This document shows, piece by piece, positions 20,925 through 29,675 of a stretch of DNA of 64,000 bases. Origin of the DNA: Myxococcota bacterium (GTDB lineage Bacteria; Myxococcota_A; UBA9160; UBA4427); contig OZ252299.1 of assembly GCA_965250285.1 (NCBI GenBank), positions 4,384,001 to 4,448,000 on the forward strand. Direction: 5' to 3'. The translations under genes were made by a program, and so were the position numbers. The stretch's first letter is position 1, and each line of letters begins with the position of its first letter. The notes beneath the pieces are model-generated. The model made no database searches. It saw nothing but the letters and a program-made list of their open reading frames with translations, and was not told the origin of the DNA.

Positions 20925-20984
20925 CGCGGTCCGCCGACGCGCTTCTGCGTCGGCGGACCGCGAGAGATGATCCAGCGACGCCGC

Positions 20985-21695
20985 TCAGTCCCAGAAGTTC
21001 CACCACGACTTCTCGGCTTCGGCCTGGGCTTCGTCGGCGCGGTCGGCCGCGACGTCGATGCCCTCTTGCGCCGAGTCTTCGGCGGCGTCGGCCTGGGCGC
21101 GGGCCTGGGCTTCGGCGTCGTCGATCTCGGTACGGGCCTGGGCTTCGGCGTCGTCGATCTCGGTACGGGCCTGGTCTTCGGCGTCGTCCATCTTCGCGCG
21201 GGCCTGGGCCTCGGCGTCGTCCATCTCGGAGCGAGCCTGGGCCTCGGCGTCGTCCATCGCCGTGCGGGCCTGGGCCTCGGCGTCATCGGCCGCGGTGCGG
21301 GCCTGGGCCTCGGCGTCGTCGGCTGCGGTGCGGGCCTGGGCCTCGGCGTCGTCGGCTGCGGTGCGGGCCTGGGCCTCGGCGTCATCGGCCGCGGCGCGGG
21401 CGCTCGACTCGGCGTCGGCCGCGGCAGCGTTTGCGCTCGCCTTCGCGTCGGCGGCGGCGTCGCGCGCCGATGCCTCCATGTCGTTGGCCGCCTGAGTGGC
21501 GTCGGCCTGGGCGTCGGCCTGGGCGTCGGCGGCTGCGCTCTCGGCCGCTTGCTGGTGATCGGCCGCCTTCTGTGAGGCTGCGTCGGCGTGCGCCTTGCCC
21601 ATCGACTGGGCGGCGCCGTGCATGTCGGCGAGCGCCGAACCCGCGATGAGCAGGAATGAGGCGATGACGATGAGCGCGAGTCGGGATCGGTTCAC
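20985..21695 (-). CDS. Secreted Ala/Asp-rich 11-mer repeat protein (LEA/apolipoprotein-like)
   Basis: Signal peptide ending ALA, nine DDAE[AD]QARxxx repeats, C-terminal KSWWNFWD; GTG start after GGAGG. Confidence 0.75.
   Translation of the reverse strand: MNRSRLALIVIASFLLIAGSALADMHGAAQSMGKAHADAASQKAADHQQAAESAAADAQADAQADATQAANDMEASARDAAADAKASANAAAADAESSARAAADDAEAQARTAADDAEAQARTAADDAEAQARTAADDAEAQARTAMDDAEAQARSEMDDAEAQARAKMDDAEDQARTEIDDAEAQARTEIDDAEAQARAQADAAEDSAQEGIDVAADRADEAQAEAEKSWWNFWD
21090..21386 (-). repeat. 33-bp coding tandem repeat, about 9 copies
   Basis: gggcctgggc(c/t)tcggcgtc recurs with a 33-nt period. Confidence 0.9.
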
Positions 21696-22009
21696 TTTCT
21701 TCCTCCAGGGCCTCGTGGCCAAACCCCCACTTCGCGGGGGAGATGAAACTCGTTTCGAATCGGCCCCGAACACTACCGAAGCGCCGGGCGCGAAACGTGA
21801 CGAATCTACACTTTTCTGCGAAACCACCGGGTTTCGCGAGCTCGACATGAGCGGGCGGCCTTCTGCTCGATCACCACCGCGTAGGCCCGACGAAACCGAC
21901 TTGCCTCGCGCTGCCCAGTGGTGGGATGGTGGGATTCGAGTTGACAGCCGGCGGTCGTCGCCGCGAGGCCGCGGCGAGGCAGACGAGCTGAGGACCGAGG
22001 GAGAAGACC

Positions 22010-23944
22010 ATGTGTGGGATCGTCGGGGGAATGCTGCCTGCGGGCCGGGTCGACGAAGGCCGGCTCGAGCGCGCGCTCGAGGTGCTGCACCACCGCGGCC
22101 CCGATGACCGCGGCCGATGGATCTCGCCCGATGGCCGCTGGTTCCTCGGGCATACGCGCCTCTCGATCATCGGCCTCGAGAACGGCGATCAGCCGATGCG
22201 TGACCCCTCCGGCCGTGTGCACATGGTCGTGAACGGCGAGTTCTACGGCTACCGGGCGATCCGTGAAGAGCTGCGGTCGGCGGGCTACGCCTTCTCGACC
22301 GATTCGGATAGCGAGATCGCGCTGCATCTCTATCACCGCGACGGCACGAACCTCGCCCAGCACCTGCGCGGCGAGTACGCCGTGCTCATCGCCGACCATG
22401 CGAACGACGCGATGATCGCGATCCGCGACCGCTTCGGCATCAAGCCCCTCTTCTACGCCCTGCACGAAGGCGGCGTCATCTTCGCCTCCGAGATCAAGGC
22501 GCTGCTCGCGCTCGGCGTCCCGGCGCGCTGGAATCGCGAAGCGGTGCTGCAGGAGTCGTATCTCGTCCGTCCGCACTCACGCACGCTCTTCGACGGCATC
22601 TACACCGTTCCGCCCGGCCACTACGCGATCGCGCAGCGCGGTGAGGTGTCGACCTTCCCCTACTGGGATCTCGATTTTCCGACCGCCGGCGAGCTCGCCC
22701 GAGACGATCGCAGCGACGAAGAGGTGGTCGCCGGCTTTCGCGAGGCGCTCGCCGACGCCGTGCGCGAGCGGCTCGTCGCCGATGTCGAGGTCGCGTCGTA
22801 TCTGAGCGGCGGCATCGACTCGTGCGCCGTGCTCGGCCTCGCGCAATCGATGAGCGAGCGGCCGATTCGCGCGTTCACGCTCGCATTCGACGACGCGCGC
22901 TTCGACGAGAGCGCGCTCGCCGAAGAGCAGGCTCGGCTCTGCGGATCGACCTACCACCCGATCCCGGTGACGAGGGAGGCGCTGGCCGACGCGTACTCGG
23001 ACGCCGTCTGGCACGCCGAGACCCCCTTCGTGAACGGCCACGGCGTCGCGAAGTTTCTCTTGAGTCAGGCGGTGCGCGACGCAGGCATCAAGGTCGTCTT
23101 CACCGGCGAGGGCGCCGACGAGATGCTCGGGGGCTACGCCCCCTTCCGTCGCGACGTGCTGCTCTACAACAGCGAAAAGCAGGATCCCGAGATCGTGCAG
23201 AAGCTGCTGGCCGAGATGCGAGCCAGCAATCAGGCGGTGCCCTCACTCGTCGGCAACGAAGCCGAGCCGGCCGCGATCCTCGATCTCGTTCGTCGCCAGC
23301 TGGGCTTCGTGCCCTCGTGGATCGAGATCTTCTCGCAGCTCGGCGAGCAGACGCGCGCGCTGTTCTCGAAAGAGATGCGTGAGATCGCCGCGGCGATCAA
23401 TCCCTACGCAATGTGTCTGGCGCGCCTGCCGGTCGCGTCGAAGATGCTCGGGCGCGATCCGCTGAACCAGGGCCTGTACTCGTGGTCTCGGGTGCACCTG
23501 CCGAACTTCATCTTGACGTTCCTGAGCGACCGGATGGAGATGGCGCACTCGATCGAGGGCCGGGTGCCCTTCCTCGACACGCGCGTGGCCGAATACTGCA
23601 CGGGCGTGCCCATTCACATGAAGATCAACGGCATGCGCGAGAAGCACGTGCTGCGCGAAGCGACCCGCGACGTCATCATCGACGCCGTCTACAACCGCGA
23701 GAAGCACCCCTTCACGTCACCGCCCGCGCGCGTCTCGACCGACGATCCGCTCTATGCGCTCTACGCCGACGTATTCGGCTCGAAGTCGCTCGAGGATCAG
23801 CCGATCTTCGACCCCGCCGCCGTTCGAAGAGCCTTCGACGAGTACGCGCACCTGCCCGAGGTCGAGCAGGTGATGATGGACGGCCTCTTCAACCGCGTGC
23901 TCAGCCTGACCCTGATGCATGAGCGGTTCGGGATGTCGGGCTGA
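22010..23944 (+). CDS. asnB: Asparagine synthase (glutamine-hydrolysing) family
   Basis: MCGI Ntn start, HTRLSII, NGEFY, RDRFGIKPL, LSGGIDS, GEGADE, DRMEMAHSIEGRVPFLD. Confidence 0.9.
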   Translation: MCGIVGGMLPAGRVDEGRLERALEVLHHRGPDDRGRWISPDGRWFLGHTRLSIIGLENGDQPMRDPSGRVHMVVNGEFYGYRAIREELRSAGYAFSTDSDSEIALHLYHRDGTNLAQHLRGEYAVLIADHANDAMIAIRDRFGIKPLFYALHEGGVIFASEIKALLALGVPARWNREAVLQESYLVRPHSRTLFDGIYTVPPGHYAIAQRGEVSTFPYWDLDFPTAGELARDDRSDEEVVAGFREALADAVRERLVADVEVASYLSGGIDSCAVLGLAQSMSERPIRAFTLAFDDARFDESALAEEQARLCGSTYHPIPVTREALADAYSDAVWHAETPFVNGHGVAKFLLSQAVRDAGIKVVFTGEGADEMLGGYAPFRRDVLLYNSEKQDPEIVQKLLAEMRASNQAVPSLVGNEAEPAAILDLVRRQLGFVPSWIEIFSQLGEQTRALFSKEMREIAAAINPYAMCLARLPVASKMLGRDPLNQGLYSWSRVHLPNFILTFLSDRMEMAHSIEGRVPFLDTRVAEYCTGVPIHMKINGMREKHVLREATRDVIIDAVYNREKHPFTSPPARVSTDDPLYALYADVFGSKSLEDQPIFDPAAVRRAFDEYAHLPEVEQVMMDGLFNRVLSLTLMHERFGMSG

Positions 23945-24134
23945 ACGCAGAGGCCGGATACGCACCGAGCCGCCCGCCACGGCCCCGCGGTGCGTTCGCC
24001 TCAGCGCGCAAGTAGCTGCCTGCACAACGAAATCGGGTATCCGGCAGTCCACGCGCAGCCGGGGCGTGCAGACGTCCCGGCCTTCGAGTACTCGCCCGCG
24101 CAGCGCGCTGGCTGAGGTGCAAAGCCCCCGACAT

Positions 24135-24164
24135 TTGCGAAGCCGGGGGGTTCGGGCGTACTCT
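24135..24164 (+). promoter_or_regulatory. Candidate sigma70-type promoter for the leader-ECF-tadBC operon
   Basis: TTGCGA-N18-TACTCT about 50 nt upstream of ATG 24216. Confidence 0.35.
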
Positions 24165-24215
24165 CGACCTGTCGACCTCCCGCCGCTCCGGATCAGCCGG
24201 GGCCGAGTTCCTCCC

Positions 24216-24569
24216 ATGCAATCTCCGATCCGTGCCCTGCTCGTCGCTGGTTTCGTCGCCCTCGTGGCGATCGCCGCGATCAGTGCGCCCGCGATGTCGG
24301 CGCTGCATCTGCTCGAACACGCGGCGGTCGACGCGCCGGCCGGCGGTCTCGATGGCGCGCCCGATGCACCGCTCGGCGATGCCGAGCCCGAGTCGAGTTG
24401 CGATCTCTGCACGGCGCTCGCTCATGGCCGCACAGCGATCGACGCAACGGCACCGGCCCTGTGCCTCGACGAGACGCTCGGCGAGCGTCTCGCTCCGCGC
24501 CCCGCTGATCCGCTCTGCGCCGCAGTGCCGGTCGAATCCGCATCGCCGCGCGCTCCGCCCGTCCGCTGA
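24216..24569 (+). CDS. DUF2946/CruR-like leader protein (CxxC + RAPP arrest motif)
   Basis: Hydrophobic N-terminus, LHLLEH, CDLC, C-terminal SPRAPPVR*. Confidence 0.75.
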   Translation: MQSPIRALLVAGFVALVAIAAISAPAMSALHLLEHAAVDAPAGGLDGAPDAPLGDAEPESSCDLCTALAHGRTAIDATAPALCLDETLGERLAPRPADPLCAAVPVESASPRAPPVR

Positions 24570-24669
24570 CTCTCGACCCATCCCCGCCACCCGGTGAAAG
24601 CCTGGCCGCGCCGTGCGCGCCCACTCGACCGTGTGGCCCTTCGAGACTCAGCTCTACGGGACCGTTCTC

Positions 24670-25230
24670 ATGCGAAACATCAAGCCTGCCGGAGCCCCCG
24701 CTCCGGGGCGCCGCCAGTGGCACGACACCTACGACATCTTCGAAGCGCAGATCCGACCGCTGCTGCCCACCGTGCGCGCGACCGCGCGTCGCATCCTCGG
24801 CGATGACGACGCGGCCGCCGACGCGGTGCAAGAGGCGCTGATCTCGCTGTGGCAGGCCGGCCCCGTGCCCGATCACCTGCGCCGCTGGCTGCTGCGCACC
24901 GTGGTGCACCGCAGCCTGCACGCACGCCGCACCAATCACCGCCGAGCACACTGGGAAGACAAGGGCGGCGAAGCCGTGCTTTCGTGCACGCTGTGCGATC
25001 CCGAGCGACAGCTCGAGGTGCGCGAGCTGCTCGACGTGCTCGAGGCTTCGCTCGACGGCCTTTCACCCGATCAGCGCCAGGTGATCGAGCTGCGCGACAT
25101 CGATGGGCTCGAATACCGTGAGATCGCCGCGCGGCTCGACGTGCCCGTGGGCACCGTTCGATCGCGACTCAACCGCGCGCGTGCGCGGGTGCGCGAGTCG
25201 GCGGACCGCTTGATGGCCGACATCCGATGA
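24670..25230 (+). CDS. ECF sigma-70 factor
   Basis: sigma2 AADAVQEALISLW...WLLRTV; sigma4 LSPDQRQVIELRDIDGLEYREIAARLDVPVGTVRSRLNRAR; linker CTLC. Confidence 0.92.
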   Translation: MRNIKPAGAPAPGRRQWHDTYDIFEAQIRPLLPTVRATARRILGDDDAAADAVQEALISLWQAGPVPDHLRRWLLRTVVHRSLHARRTNHRRAHWEDKGGEAVLSCTLCDPERQLEVRELLDVLEASLDGLSPDQRQVIELRDIDGLEYREIAARLDVPVGTVRSRLNRARARVRESADRLMADIR

Positions 25231-25291
25231 ATCTCTCCGCTGCATCGTCGCACCGCCCGGTCGTCGCGCGTGCAGCCCGTCGCCTCGCTCG

Positions 25292-26161
25292 ATGACGTCG
25301 ATTGCGAGCCTCGGAGCGCTGTTGCTCGCGACGTCGACGCTGACCGGGCTCTGGCTGACCCGACGCGAGCTGATTCGGCGCCGCACGCGCGCGCGCCTCG
25401 CCGAGGCGACCGACCCGGCCGAAGAGGGCGCCCTCGCACGCACGCCCTCGGCCCGGCCCGTATCCGACCTACCTACGGTCTGGCCCAGTGCCTGCACGGC
25501 CGTCCTCACATTCGCGCTCTGCTCGATCGGCGCCGGCTGGACGACGGCCATCTCGAGCGGCATCGGCGCCGTCGCCGGCACGCTCTGCTTCGTGATGCTC
25601 GCCTCGCTGGCCCAGAGCCGAGCGCTTCAGCTCGAAGAGGGCCTGGCCGAGGTCGTATCGCTCGCGAGCTCGGCGCTGCGCGCCGGGGCGAGCCCGGTCG
25701 ATGCCCTCGAGCGCGCCGCCCGGGCCGTGCGGGGGCCGGCCAGCCCCATCCTGCTCGACCTGTCGGGGCGGGTGCGCCTCGGCGACGACGCCACGACGGC
25801 CCTCGAGGCCATGGTCGAGCGCGTGCCGCTCGAGTCGTATCGCCTCTTCGCCGTGGCCCTGTCGGTGCAGTGGCGCGCCGGCGGCAGCCTCGAGCGATCG
25901 CTGAGCGTCGTCGGCCGCGCGGTGCGCGACCGGGTCGAGCTCGAGCGCCGCATCCAGACGCAGTCTGCGCCAACGACGGCTTCGATCTTCGCCTTCGTCG
26001 CGGCGACGGCGGGCATCGCCTACCTCATGTGGCAGAACGATCCGGTCAACATGGAGTACTTCCTCGTCTCGTCGATGGGCAGCAACCTGGTCGGCGGCGC
26101 CATCTGGCTGCAGGCGATCGGGACGTTCTGGATCTGGCACATGTCGCAGGTGCGGACATGA
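25292..26161 (+). CDS. tadB: TadB-like type II secretion system F family protein
   Basis: SALRAGAS, VQWRAGGSL, TM helices; neighbours a TadC-like gene. Confidence 0.8.
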   Translation: MTSIASLGALLLATSTLTGLWLTRRELIRRRTRARLAEATDPAEEGALARTPSARPVSDLPTVWPSACTAVLTFALCSIGAGWTTAISSGIGAVAGTLCFVMLASLAQSRALQLEEGLAEVVSLASSALRAGASPVDALERAARAVRGPASPILLDLSGRVRLGDDATTALEAMVERVPLESYRLFAVALSVQWRAGGSLERSLSVVGRAVRDRVELERRIQTQSAPTTASIFAFVAATAGIAYLMWQNDPVNMEYFLVSSMGSNLVGGAIWLQAIGTFWIWHMSQVRT

Positions 26162-26236
26162 GGGCGTCGGCGCTCAGTCGAATCTTCGGGGCGCAGCCGC
26201 TTTGCCGCCCCGCCCGAAGTGGGCGGGCCTGACGCG

Positions 26237-27133
26237 ATGTCGATCCTCACACTCGTCGCGCTGATCTCGATCGCCGCCCTGCTCGCGGGAGCCGCGACGC
26301 TCTTCTCGCTCCACTGGCGCTCGCGGGCCCGCGAACGTCTCTGGCACGAAGAAGAAGAGGCGCCGCACCGCGAGACGCAGGGCTGGCTCGCACGCTGGCT
26401 CGCCCTCGCCGGATATCGGCGCCCCGAGGCGCCCGGGGTGTTCGTTGCGATCTGCCTCGCGTGCCTGGCCGGGGGCGTGGCCGTGGCGAGCCTGCTGGGC
26501 CAGAGCCCCGTGCTACTCGGCTCGGCCGCTCAGATCGCGGGCATTCCGGTCGTCGGTCTCACGCTCGCGCGCGCGGTCATGTTGCTGCCGTGGATCGCGG
26601 CGCTCTTCACGATGGCGCTGCCGGCGCTGCTCGTGCGTGCACAGCGAGATCGACGCGTCGTGGCCATCGAGCAGGATCTGCCGATGCTGCTCGAGCTGCT
26701 CGCGACCCTGGCCGAGAGCGGGCTCAGCTTCGATGCGTCGCTCGACCGCGTGATCGACTCACAGCCGACCGAGCGGCCGCTGATCACTGAGCTTCGCCTC
26801 TACGCGCTCGAGGTGCGCGCGGGTGGCGCCCGCAGCGAGAGCCTCGAACGGCTCGCAGACCGCATCGAGGTGCGGTCGGTGACGAGCGCGGTCTCGGCGC
26901 TGGTGCAGGCCGAGGAGGTTGGGTCGGGGCTGTCCGAGGTGCTGCGGCCGCTGGCCGACGACCTGCGCCTGCGGCGCCGCGAACGTGCGCTCGCGCGCGC
27001 CGAGGCGCTGCCCGAGAAGCTCGTGTTTCCCCTGGTGCTGGGCTTCCTGCCGGGGCTCATGGTGTGGACCCTGGGGCCCTCACTCTTTCAGCTGATGAAC
27101 ACCGTCGACGCGATCATGCGCGGGCCGCGCTGA
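26237..27133 (+). CDS. tadC: TadC-like type II secretion system F family protein
   Basis: IEQDLPMLLELL, ESGLSFDASL, LVQAEEVG, AEALPEKLVFPLVLGFLPG. Confidence 0.82.
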   Translation: MSILTLVALISIAALLAGAATLFSLHWRSRARERLWHEEEEAPHRETQGWLARWLALAGYRRPEAPGVFVAICLACLAGGVAVASLLGQSPVLLGSAAQIAGIPVVGLTLARAVMLLPWIAALFTMALPALLVRAQRDRRVVAIEQDLPMLLELLATLAESGLSFDASLDRVIDSQPTERPLITELRLYALEVRAGGARSESLERLADRIEVRSVTSAVSALVQAEEVGSGLSEVLRPLADDLRLRRRERALARAEALPEKLVFPLVLGFLPGLMVWTLGPSLFQLMNTVDAIMRGPR

Positions 27134-27226
27134 CGCGTTCGACGCGTCGCCACTCGAGCGACCGCGCGACGACCCGCAGCCTCGACCAAGCGTGACCCGA
27201 GCAACGGGGTCGGCCGGCGCCCTCGA

Positions 27227-28357
27227 TCAGGCGCGGCTCTTCTGCGCGCGTCGGCGACGCAGCGCGACCAGCACACCCAAGCCGCTCACGAAGAGCGCGG
27301 TGGCGCCCGGCTCCGGGGCCTCCGAGACGCCCATCGCGCCCTGCGCGTCGCACTCGGGATCTCGCTCGGCGTAGAGTCCGGCCGAGCCGAACGTGTCCCC
27401 GCGATAGTCGATCAGACCGTCGCCGTCGTTGTCGATGCCGTCGTCGCACTCGTAGGTCGTCGACTTCTCCGAGTCGTCCTCGGGGCTGTCGCAGCCCGGG
27501 TCGCCGCCGGCATAGTCGATCAAACCGTCGCGGTCGTTGTCGATGCCATCGTCGCAGAGCGAGAACACCATCTGTTCGTCGACGTACTGGCGCGCCACGT
27601 CTTCGGCGCCGACCGGGATCGACACGGTGCCCCACACCAGATGGATCGGCGATCCCTCTGCGAAGCCCGACATCGTGAGATCGACCTTCATCAGGTAGAC
27701 GCCGAGCGACGGGAGCCCGCCGCCTGCGCGGCGCAGCTCGAAGTCGACATGGTCGTGCAGGCTGCCGTTTCCGTTCGTGTCGTCGATCACGAGGCCCGGG
27801 ATCTCGCTCGTGCCGCCATCGGCGATGGCCTGGGTGCCGAGCTCGTCGAAGCGGATGATCTCGTCGAGCGGCACCGGCGTCCATTCGACGTCGTTCACGT
27901 CGAGACCGTTGAGATCGTCGTCGATCGCATCCCAGTACAGAACGTTGCGCGCCGGCCCCCCGCCCGTCGGCACCTCGGTGAGAAAGTCGACGTTCAGATC
28001 GCGGTTGCCGGGCAGGGGCGAGAGCAGCGGCTGTTCACTGCAGGGGCTCGGCACCGTCGAGAAGCCGGGATCGTCGGTCGAGTAGCTGCCGTCGAGGCGC
28101 TGGTCGAACGCGTAGACGGGGAATCGGTTGGCGACCGGAAACGTGTCGAAGTCGCGCGCGCCGACCGCGAGCTGCGAGTATTCGAGCGTCTGCGACGCGT
28201 CGAAGGTCTGCGTTGCGCAGTCCTCGCCGGTGATCATCAACCGAGCGACGAGAACGTCGCAGTGCGACCCCGTGCAGGCGGCCTGCGCGTGCGCCGAGGT
28301 CGCGGCGGTCAGAGCCATCATGGCGATGAGAAGGATGGACGAGGCGCGGACGATCAT
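27227..28357 (-). CDS. PEP-CTERM surface protein with His motifs and two CxDGIDNDxDGLIDY repeats
   Basis: Signal peptide ending AHA; SHCDVLV, DDPGF, LYWD, LHDHVDF; C-terminal APEP-TM-RRRR. Confidence 0.82.
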   Translation of the reverse strand: MIVRASSILLIAMMALTAATSAHAQAACTGSHCDVLVARLMITGEDCATQTFDASQTLEYSQLAVGARDFDTFPVANRFPVYAFDQRLDGSYSTDDPGFSTVPSPCSEQPLLSPLPGNRDLNVDFLTEVPTGGGPARNVLYWDAIDDDLNGLDVNDVEWTPVPLDEIIRFDELGTQAIADGGTSEIPGLVIDDTNGNGSLHDHVDFELRRAGGGLPSLGVYLMKVDLTMSGFAEGSPIHLVWGTVSIPVGAEDVARQYVDEQMVFSLCDDGIDNDRDGLIDYAGGDPGCDSPEDDSEKSTTYECDDGIDNDGDGLIDYRGDTFGSAGLYAERDPECDAQGAMGVSEAPEPGATALFVSGLGVLVALRRRRAQKSRA

Positions 28358-28410
28358 GTTCAGACTTCCTTGCGGGGTTCTCGGGACATTCAGGGTCCCC
28401 GAAAATGACG

Positions 28411-28445
28411 AGGCGCGGGGAGCGACTGCTTCGCTCCCCGCGCCT
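28411..28445 (-). terminator. Rho-independent terminator-like hairpin between the two PEP-CTERM genes
   Basis: Perfect 15-bp stem AGGCGCGGGGAGCGA / TCGCTCCCCGCGCCT with 5-nt loop; followed by cgtcatttt on the minus strand. Confidence 0.7.
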
Positions 28446-28468
28446 GGTCTTTCACGCGACAGGCTCGC

Positions 28469-29317
28469 TCAGGCGTTGACTGCACCGCGGCGCCGAGCAC
28501 CCAGGCCGATCAGGCCGAGGCCCACCAGCAGCGCGGTCGTCGGCTCGGGCACGAGGGCGGCGATGCTCTCGACCGCTGCCTCGTGGGCTTCTTCATCCTC
28601 GACGCCGAAGTCGAAGACGTTGCCCCAGACGTCCGAGCTCTCGAGGCCTTCGATGTTCGTCTGACCGAAGATCGCGTAGAAGCCGATCGTCGGGTCATCC
28701 GTGCCACCGTCACCGTTCAGCAGGTAGTCGGGGTGCGTGTCGAAGAAACCGATGCCGCTCGTCGGATCGAGCTCGACGCTCGTCAGCACGCTGGTGCCGT
28801 CGAGAATGCCGCCGCTGCCACCGTTGCCGATGATGTCGAAGTACTCACCGTTCGGCACCGCGCTCCACGACACCGCGCCGGTGCCATCCCAGAAGAGGAT
28901 GCTCGCACCCGCCACCGGCGAGTTGGGCGCCAGCACGAAGTCGACGCTGTGCTCGGCGTTGCTCGGCAGAATCGTGCCGAAGGGCAGGGCCGCCTGGCCG
29001 CCATCGGGGATCGCAAAGAACCCCGGCTCGTCGGCTACACCGACGATCGGCGTGCCCATGGTCGCTTCCAGCTCCGACTCGAAGGCCATCTCGGTCGTGC
29101 CATTCGGATCACATCCGGGCTCGCCGACGCCGCTGAAGCAGTCGACGTCGATGCCACCGATCTGCACCTTGCCACCGTCCTGGAAGACCAGGACGTCGTT
29201 GTGGCCCTCTTCTTCTTCGTCGGCCCAGGCGCCCGTCGCCACCACAAGCGCCGCGCTCGTGAATGCGACCAGCGACACCAGGCTCGACGCTCGCAATCTC
29301 TTGAGAACCCTCTGCAT
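28469..29317 (-). CDS. PEP-CTERM surface protein with His motifs (paralog of 27227-28357)
   Basis: Signal peptide ending AWA; GHNDVLV, DEPGF, LFWDG, DTHPDY; C-terminal VPEPTTALLVGLGLIGLGARRR. Confidence 0.88.
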   Translation of the reverse strand: MQRVLKRLRASSLVSLVAFTSAALVVATGAWADEEEEGHNDVLVFQDGGKVQIGGIDVDCFSGVGEPGCDPNGTTEMAFESELEATMGTPIVGVADEPGFFAIPDGGQAALPFGTILPSNAEHSVDFVLAPNSPVAGASILFWDGTGAVSWSAVPNGEYFDIIGNGGSGGILDGTSVLTSVELDPTSGIGFFDTHPDYLLNGDGGTDDPTIGFYAIFGQTNIEGLESSDVWGNVFDFGVEDEEAHEAAVESIAALVPEPTTALLVGLGLIGLGARRRGAVNA

Positions 29318-29439
29318 TTTCCTGCTCTTTCCCTGTTTTTTCACCGCATGAACATCCCACGCGACGCCCCGGACCGACCGGGCGCACCGCGCCTTCAAAC
29401 GAACCTGTCCCAGGGGTTCGTGCCGCATTCCCGACCGGG

Positions 29440-29485
29440 CGAGGTCGTCTCCCAATGGGGGACGAGGTCGTCTCCCAATGGGGGA
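29440..29485. repeat. Perfect 2x23-bp tandem repeat with palindromic core, in a divergent promoter region
   Basis: CGAGGTCGTCTCCCAATGGGGGA x2. Confidence 0.9.
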
Positions 29486-29599
29486 TGTGCCGCACCCCCA
29501 CCCCGGGTTCCCGCCATGGCTCGACTTTCTGGGTGCCACGGTCTGCGGTCGGTTGGCTCGCGGTGCGGGGTCGGAACGTTCCCGACGGCTGTCACGCCG

Positions 29600-29629
29600 T
29601 TGCCAAACTCGACTCGGTTCGGATAGCCT
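29600..29629 (+). promoter_or_regulatory. Candidate sigma70-type promoter for the second leader-tad operon
   Basis: TTGCCA-N18-TAGCCT about 46 nt upstream of ATG 29676. Confidence 0.35.
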
Positions 29630-29675
29630 TCCTCGAATGCGCTCCCACTGGCAGGCCCCGCTGGGCACCCGTGCA

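Noticed and set aside
21090..21386. 33-bp repeats as a CRISPR or non-coding array
   Set aside because: In-frame coding repeats within a signal-peptide-bearing ORF.
22010..23944. AsnB as a lasso peptide cyclase
   Set aside because: Intact N-terminal Cys glutaminase domain; no B1/B2 proteins or precursor peptide nearby.
29409..29424. GGCACGAAC(C/T)CCTGGG (minus strand) upstream of the PEP-CTERM gene and again at 43534-43549 upstream of the FimT-like gene, as a sigma54 promoter or shared operator
   Set aside because: No GC at the -12 position and spacing is off by one; a 15/16 match can arise by chance in high-GC DNA.
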